This document shows positions 27,495-31,587 of a stretch of 31,587 nt of DNA, in pieces. The first letter of the stretch is position 1. Each line of letters starts with the position of its first letter. Source of the stretch: a virus (Duplodnaviria > Caudoviricetes); IMG/VR virus record IMGVR_UViG_3300038334_000164, positions 1-31,587 of that record; one strand, written 5' to 3'. The position numbers were made by a program, and so were the translations under genes. The notes under the pieces were generated by a model that was not told the DNA's origin, ran no database searches, and saw only the letters and a program-made list of their open reading frames with translations.

Positions 27495-27881
27495 GTGAAA
27501 CGAGAAGTAATCAACAACATTGCAGTAAAAAATATTGGATTAATCAACATAAATTACAAAGAGGATGTCCAATTAAAACTAATAAGATCAATTGCAGATG
27601 AAATAATGTATTTTGATAATGATGATTTATTTGATACGTTAGAATATATCAGAGATTGCGATACAGTACACATATTGTCTTTTTCATTTATTCACGATGA
27701 ACCAATATATGCATTAAATTATAGAAGCGCATTAAATGAAAAAGGGGTTACAATAATCAGTTTAATGGAAAAGGAAGTAATTAATGAATCATTAAATGCG
27801 CAAATTTTTCACCTGTCAATCACAGCCTATCAGGCTTCGAAATTTATTATGGCAAATCGTGTGAACAATAAAGATGGATGA
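27495..27881 (+). CDS. Degenerate serine-recombinase (resolvase) catalytic-domain-like protein
   Basis: LFDTLEYIRDCDTVHILSFS...LNEKGVTIISLME resembles the resolvase fold, but the YARVS and DRLxR motifs are absent. Confidence 0.5.
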   Translation: MKREVINNIAVKNIGLININYKEDVQLKLIRSIADEIMYFDNDDLFDTLEYIRDCDTVHILSFSFIHDEPIYALNYRSALNEKGVTIISLMEKEVINESLNAQIFHLSITAYQASKFIMANRVNNKDG

Positions 27882-27957
27882 TGGGAAAAATCTTTTGATC
27901 AAAAATGTAAAAAAAGTGACAGGCGATAGGTTGTCAAAAAAAAACTACCACCATATT

Positions 27958-28333
27958 TTCTTCAAATTACGGAAGAAACATCGGCGAAAAATTGCGCCAA
28001 TATTGACACTACCCAAAATTGGGGGATGACATTAACCATTGAAAAATCAAGGGGTAAAACACCGGCTTAATTTATCGCCGATCTGGTAGCGGAATTTTCC
28101 GCCGCCAAATAGAACGGATTTTTCCGCTGTACCGGGTGTGCTCAAAATTGGGCAGCCTCCAAATATGGGTTTTGATGGGTGTCCTCAAAATTGAGGAGTC
28201 CTCATAACTCAAATCTGAGACGTGACCAGGACACGGATATTTTACCGGTTCCACGGTTTACCCTTAAAGTTCAGGGGGATCAGGGTCGAAAATCCGGCTA
28301 TGACATGATGATAACCACCGTCGAAAATTCGAC
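27958..28333. repeat. Array of about 15 short palindromes with A/T-tract centres and variable arms, about 25-bp period
   Basis: Examples: GGCG-AAAAATTG-CGCC, CCCAA-AA-TTGGG, GCGGAA-TT-TTCCGC, TCCTCAA-AA-TTGAGGA and GTCGAA-AA-TTCGAC. Confidence 0.7.
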
Positions 28334-29003
28334 ACTGTTATTGCCATGAAATAACCCTCTGACAGCCTCATACAGCGGTTTTTTTATTGTGCGGGTCTTG
28401 TGTTAATACCTGTGGAAATAATGCCGGTTGGTGGTAAAACAATATATACCCCGGTTTGGCGCACACAAATTATAACGTGGTCTGGTATCAACATTAATTA
28501 CGGCACCAAATACGGCTGACAGAAGTGACCATATTTTCAGATCTGAATAATCTCCTATCCCGACGCCAGGGTCTGAGCCGGGATAGAATCTCCACATCTC
28601 ACCCCACAATTTTACCGTGCAAAACCGGATGCCACCAAAGTATTGGAACCGGAAAACGCCACCACGATGACGGAAGAAATTTGCGCAGATGTTTCAACCC
28701 GAAAACTCTACATTACCTTCGACTGCATTTGCGATTTTTTAAAACTTGATCTTTCGAGAGTTAATTTTTGATATTAATCAACTCACTTTTAGTTTCATAT
28801 ATTTCATTTTTAAATTTCTTAAAATTCTTCTTCAAATTCTGAACAGCATTAGTCCATTTGGATATGCCAAGCGATCCATTCTTGGGATTGACCCTATTTT
28901 TTTTGTAAATTTGAATTTCGGTTTTCGAATTTTAGCCTTCTTCCAGCACCATAGGTTTTTACCTTACCTGTCAATATTGATTATCGTAATTAGTTGTGAT
29001 ATG

Positions 29004-29027
29004 CTAAGTCTAATTAATTAGACTTAG
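29004..29027. promoter_or_regulatory. Perfect 24-bp palindrome upstream of the MobV-like gene
   Basis: CTAAGTCTAATT|AATTAGACTTAG, adjoining a TGn-TATGCT -10-like element. Confidence 0.6.
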
Positions 29028-29051
29028 TATTACGGAAGGAGTTTAAATATT

Positions 29052-29858
29052 ATGAGCCATAAATATTTGAAGGTGGAAAAGTTCAAAGAAAATCAGCTTT
29101 CAATTAGAGAAAAAAAACTTTGTTGGCAAAAGATAAGTGAACTTGATTTAAAAAGGAAAATTCGTAGTGACGCAGTTTTGATGGTGGGGATTACTGTTTC
29201 TTTGGATGAAAATTTATTGAAAAAAATAACATTGAAAGACAGAGAAAAATTTTATCGAGATTGCGTTGATTTCTTCAACGAAAGGTATGGAGAATATAAT
29301 TATATACAATGCAAATCAAGGGTAAAAGAGGTATTTAGACCTAATCCCAGTGATCCCGAAAGAAGGGAGCACCGATATCCGTATATGCAGTATCAATTTG
29401 TGCCAATCACAGAAGGACGGTTATCTGCTGGGGCGCTCATTAAGCGAGGGGAATTAATTAAGCTGCACGAAGATTTTGATAGGGAAATTGGCTCAAAATG
29501 GGGTTTGAAGCGGTTAAAAGATGAAATGGTGGAGCTAGAGAAGCTAAGACAGGAAAACGCAAATTTAAGACAAGAAAACGCTAATATAACATCTCAAATT
29601 GAAGAATCAGATTCAAAACTAAATAGTGAATTGAAAAATACTCAAATTTTGCTCTCACAGGCACAAATTCGGATTAAAGATATAGAATGGGTATTGGAGC
29701 AGGATTTAGGGTTAAAATACGAAGAGTTGTCGAATATTGGGGGAGAAAGATTATGCCTAAAATTCTTGGTTCAAATGTTACCCGTTGAATTTAAAAAAAA
29801 TTTAGACTCTAATATGAAAAATATGCTTAGAAAGTTGAGGATAGTAGATTTAAAATGA
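29052..29858 (+). CDS. Degenerate MobV/Pre plasmid-recombination relaxase-like protein with a coiled coil
   Basis: RSDAVL, FFNERYG, FVPITEGRLSA and WGLKR match Mob_Pre, but the HxDE...PHxH motif is replaced by RVKE...PYMQY; AAGGAG RBS. Confidence 0.65.
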   Translation: MSHKYLKVEKFKENQLSIREKKLCWQKISELDLKRKIRSDAVLMVGITVSLDENLLKKITLKDREKFYRDCVDFFNERYGEYNYIQCKSRVKEVFRPNPSDPERREHRYPYMQYQFVPITEGRLSAGALIKRGELIKLHEDFDREIGSKWGLKRLKDEMVELEKLRQENANLRQENANITSQIEESDSKLNSELKNTQILLSQAQIRIKDIEWVLEQDLGLKYEELSNIGGERLCLKFLVQMLPVEFKKNLDSNMKNMLRKLRIVDLK

Positions 29859-30051
29859 AAGTGAAAACAAACCGCTGAAGGGTATAAGTAGGATCTTAAG
29901 ATCTATGCGGATAGTGGGACGGATCAGGAGCCAGTAATCAATTAGAGTCAGAAACGGCTCTTTTTTTATTGTTTAAGTTTAAAATAATCCATTGAATTAT
30001 TGATTTGTAGAAGATAGAATTATCCCCAAAAAGGAATGGTGGGTATTTCTG

Positions 30052-30477
30052 ATGAATGAAATAGGAAGTGCTAGAGCAGCGGCAAATGAACAGCTATTAA
30101 TTTTGATGAACGAATTGACAAAAGAGGACTATTACCGAGTTTTTAATTATGCAAAAAAACTTAGAAACCAACAAAGAATTGATTCAGGGCGGGCTCATGA
30201 TGTTCCGATGTCTGAAGATCCGCAGTATAATTATTTGAGCATTTTAAGTCCGGCAGCAAAAGAACTTGTTTTCCAAGTGATAAAAGAGGATAATCTCAAT
30301 TTGTACCATTCAGCAGCAGCATACATTTCCAACAGAATTCAATTGGAATCAGACGAAATTTTAGAGAGTTATTATAAAAAGTATTCGCCAAAAAGAAAAT
30401 ATGTACTTGAAAACAAAGAGTTGATCAGGGAAATAATCACTAAAGTTCACATAAAAGTAAGAAACAAAAATTTTTAA
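30052..30477 (+). CDS. Hypothetical protein
   Basis: 141-aa ORF; last gene before the att site. Confidence 0.6.
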   Translation: MNEIGSARAAANEQLLILMNELTKEDYYRVFNYAKKLRNQQRIDSGRAHDVPMSEDPQYNYLSILSPAAKELVFQVIKEDNLNLYHSAAAYISNRIQLESDEILESYYKKYSPKRKYVLENKELIREIITKVHIKVRNKNF

Positions 30478-30494
30478 TAGGCTGAAGGTTTTTA

Positions 30495-30521
30495 TTTACG
30501 CCATTTATACCATTTACGCCA
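30495..30521 (-). repeat. Further cluster of the 9-bp iteron triplet, near attR
   Basis: TTTACGCCA TTTATACCA TTTACGCCA. Confidence 0.65.
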
Positions 30522-30553
30522 GTGTTTTGGGATTTGAAATTTAACCCACGACC

Positions 30554-30572
30554 TGGGGACTATTTGGGGACT
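30554..30572 (+). promoter_or_regulatory. Putative integrase arm-type binding sites
   Basis: Direct repeat TGGGGACT twice, 11 bp apart, about 125 bp inside the att core. Confidence 0.55.
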
Positions 30573-30694
30573 GTTTTTTTGAAAGTTAAAAATTTTTGTG
30601 ATTTTTATGGATTAAACGAGATGAAAATTATTTAAAAATGGCATATTATAGGGATTTGCGAATTGTGTAAATGCATGTAAAAGTAAAGATAGCA

Positions 30695-30740
30695 ATTCGT
30701 AATCAGTAGGTCGGGGGTTCGATTCCCCCCGCTAGCTCCA
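30695..30740 (+). other. attR core: duplicated 3' half of tRNA-Thr(CGU)
   Basis: A-TTCGTAA-TCAGT anticodon loop and 3' stem, T-arm GGGGG-TTCGATT-CCCCC, acceptor CGCTAGC-T-CCA; the 5' half (D-arm) is absent. Confidence 0.88.
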
Positions 30741-30761
30741 GTAAATGAATATTATTTTCTT

Positions 30762-30792
30762 AAAGGATGGCTTTTATTGCCATTCTTTTTTT
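30762..30792 (+). terminator. Intrinsic terminator of the original tRNA locus
   Basis: AAAGGATGGC-TTTTATT-GCCATTCTTT followed by further Ts. Confidence 0.7.
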
Positions 30793-30902
30793 AGTTCAAG
30801 AATAAGTTGGTTATTTCGACGGCGTTCAACTCAGAAAATGGTTAGATTTGATAAATATGGGTACATAAATTAATAAAGTGTTTTTCTGACTGAATTCCTA
30901 AG

Positions 30903-31587
30903 TGAATATTTCGGTTGAAAAAACCAGCCTGTCCGGAGATTCGTGCCACCGGGTCCGGACAGTGGTTTCAAACGTTTCGGCATGGTGCGAATTGGCTATT
31001 TAAGTGTTTTGAGCGTCGATCCCGTAGATTTCCCGCATGGAGCGGTCGTGATCCTTATCAATATACTGAATTTCGATGCTGTGTGAATTATGAACAATCC
31101 GATCAAGTATGGCATCGGCGACAGTTGCTTCAGGAAATTTGCTGTACCAGCCGAGTGGAGCAAACTGGGAGCAGAAAATCGTGGAAACCTTTTTATGACG
31201 GGCGTGGATAATCTCCAGTAAGTCCCGGGCTTCCGTTTCAGTCAGTTTGATCAGCAACCATTCATCGAGGATCAGGAGGGTGTATTTCTGATAGTGTCTG
31301 ATCGTTTCTTTGAACTTGCCCTCACCCCGGGCTACCGCCAGTTCGGCCAGTAGTTCCGGCAGACGGATGTATTTTGTGGCGTAATAGTGTTTGCAGGCTT
31401 CCATTCCCAGCGAACAGGCAATGTAGGACTTACCGGTACCCGTTGCACCGGCAATAATAATATTGTGTGCTTCCCGGATGTATTCACAGGTCGACAGGCG
31501 TTCAATCAGCTTTTTATTGAGCTTTCGACCTGCCTGATAATTGATGTCATTCACATTTGCCTGGGACTGATCAAAACCAGCCTTTCT
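30903..31587 (-). mobile_element. IS21-family insertion sequence, right end (partial)
   Basis: TG-starting end TGAATATTTCGG with (T/G)T(T/C)CGG motifs repeated every 21-23 bp (30909, 30931, 30952, 30975), downstream of istB. Confidence 0.75.
31000..31587 (-). CDS. istB: IS21 helper ATPase IstB (5' end outside the window)
   Basis: Walker A GATGTGKS, Walker B LLILDEW, and ADAILDRIVHNS. Confidence 0.93.
   Translation of the reverse strand, partial: RKAGFDQSQANVNDINYQAGRKLNKKLIERLSTCEYIREAHNIIIAGATGTGKSYIACSLGMEACKHYYATKYIRLPELLAELAVARGEGKFKETIRHYQKYTLLILDEWLLIKLTETEARDLLEIIHARHKKVSTIFCSQFAPLGWYSKFPEATVADAILDRIVHNSHSIEIQYIDKDHDRSMREIYGIDAQNT

Larger units (their letters stand above)
1..30740. 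mobile_element. Integrated temperate siphovirus-like prophage (probably defective or helper-dependent), inserted at tRNA-Thr(CGU)
   Basis: Integrase at the left edge, then lysogeny, replication, packaging, head and tail modules in canonical order. A 46-bp 3' tRNA fragment at 30695-30740 is the right att core. The left att and intact tRNA are expected just outside position 1. Confidence 0.9.

Noticed and set aside
27958-28700. CRISPR array
   Set aside because: No identical direct repeats with unique spacers and no cas genes; the units share structure only.
28072-29021. Short ORFs 28072-28254, 28403-28609, 28525-28749 and 28746-29021
   Set aside because: No clear RBS or recognisable motifs; they overlap the palindromic non-coding region and are probably spurious.
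19837-30477. Diversity-generating retroelement or retron
   Set aside because: No reverse transcriptase motifs and no template/variable repeat pair seen.
30661-30740. Complete functional tRNA gene
   Set aside because: The 5' acceptor strand, D-arm and 5' anticodon stem are missing; treated as the att core.
30915-31211. 98-aa plus-strand ORF
   Set aside because: Antisense to istB and overlapping the IS end.

Overview
About 30.7 kb of this window (1-30740) is a tRNA-Thr(CGU)-integrated, siphovirus-like (HK97-type head) prophage or prophage-derived element from a low-GC Firmicute. The ChW/BspA cargo suggests a clostridial host such as Acetobacterium or Eubacteriaceae (inference). Left to right it carries: a tyrosine integrase with an inserted HTH domain; an Xre repressor / Cro / Xis switch; a PICI-like CHC2 zinc-finger plus DUF3987 replication module with iteron-like 9-mers; an ERCC4 nuclease; a late activator; HNH-terS-terL-portal-Clp protease-capsid; neck and tail genes with a -1 frameshift chaperone; a frameshift-split tape measure gene; and Dit. 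Tal, receptor-binding, holin and endolysin genes are not visible. In their place is about 10 kb of cargo: a three-gene putative TA/defence operon, an SOS-boxed Y-family polymerase, a secreted BspA-LRR/ChW protein, AntA and ParB-like remnants, a tandem zinc-ribbon protein, catalytically degenerate resolvase- and MobV-like ORFs, and a roughly 25-bp-periodic array of about 15 short variable-arm palindromes. The 3' half of tRNA-Thr marks the right attachment site, followed by the end of an IS21-family element (istB). All family assignments come from motif recognition by eye, not database searches.
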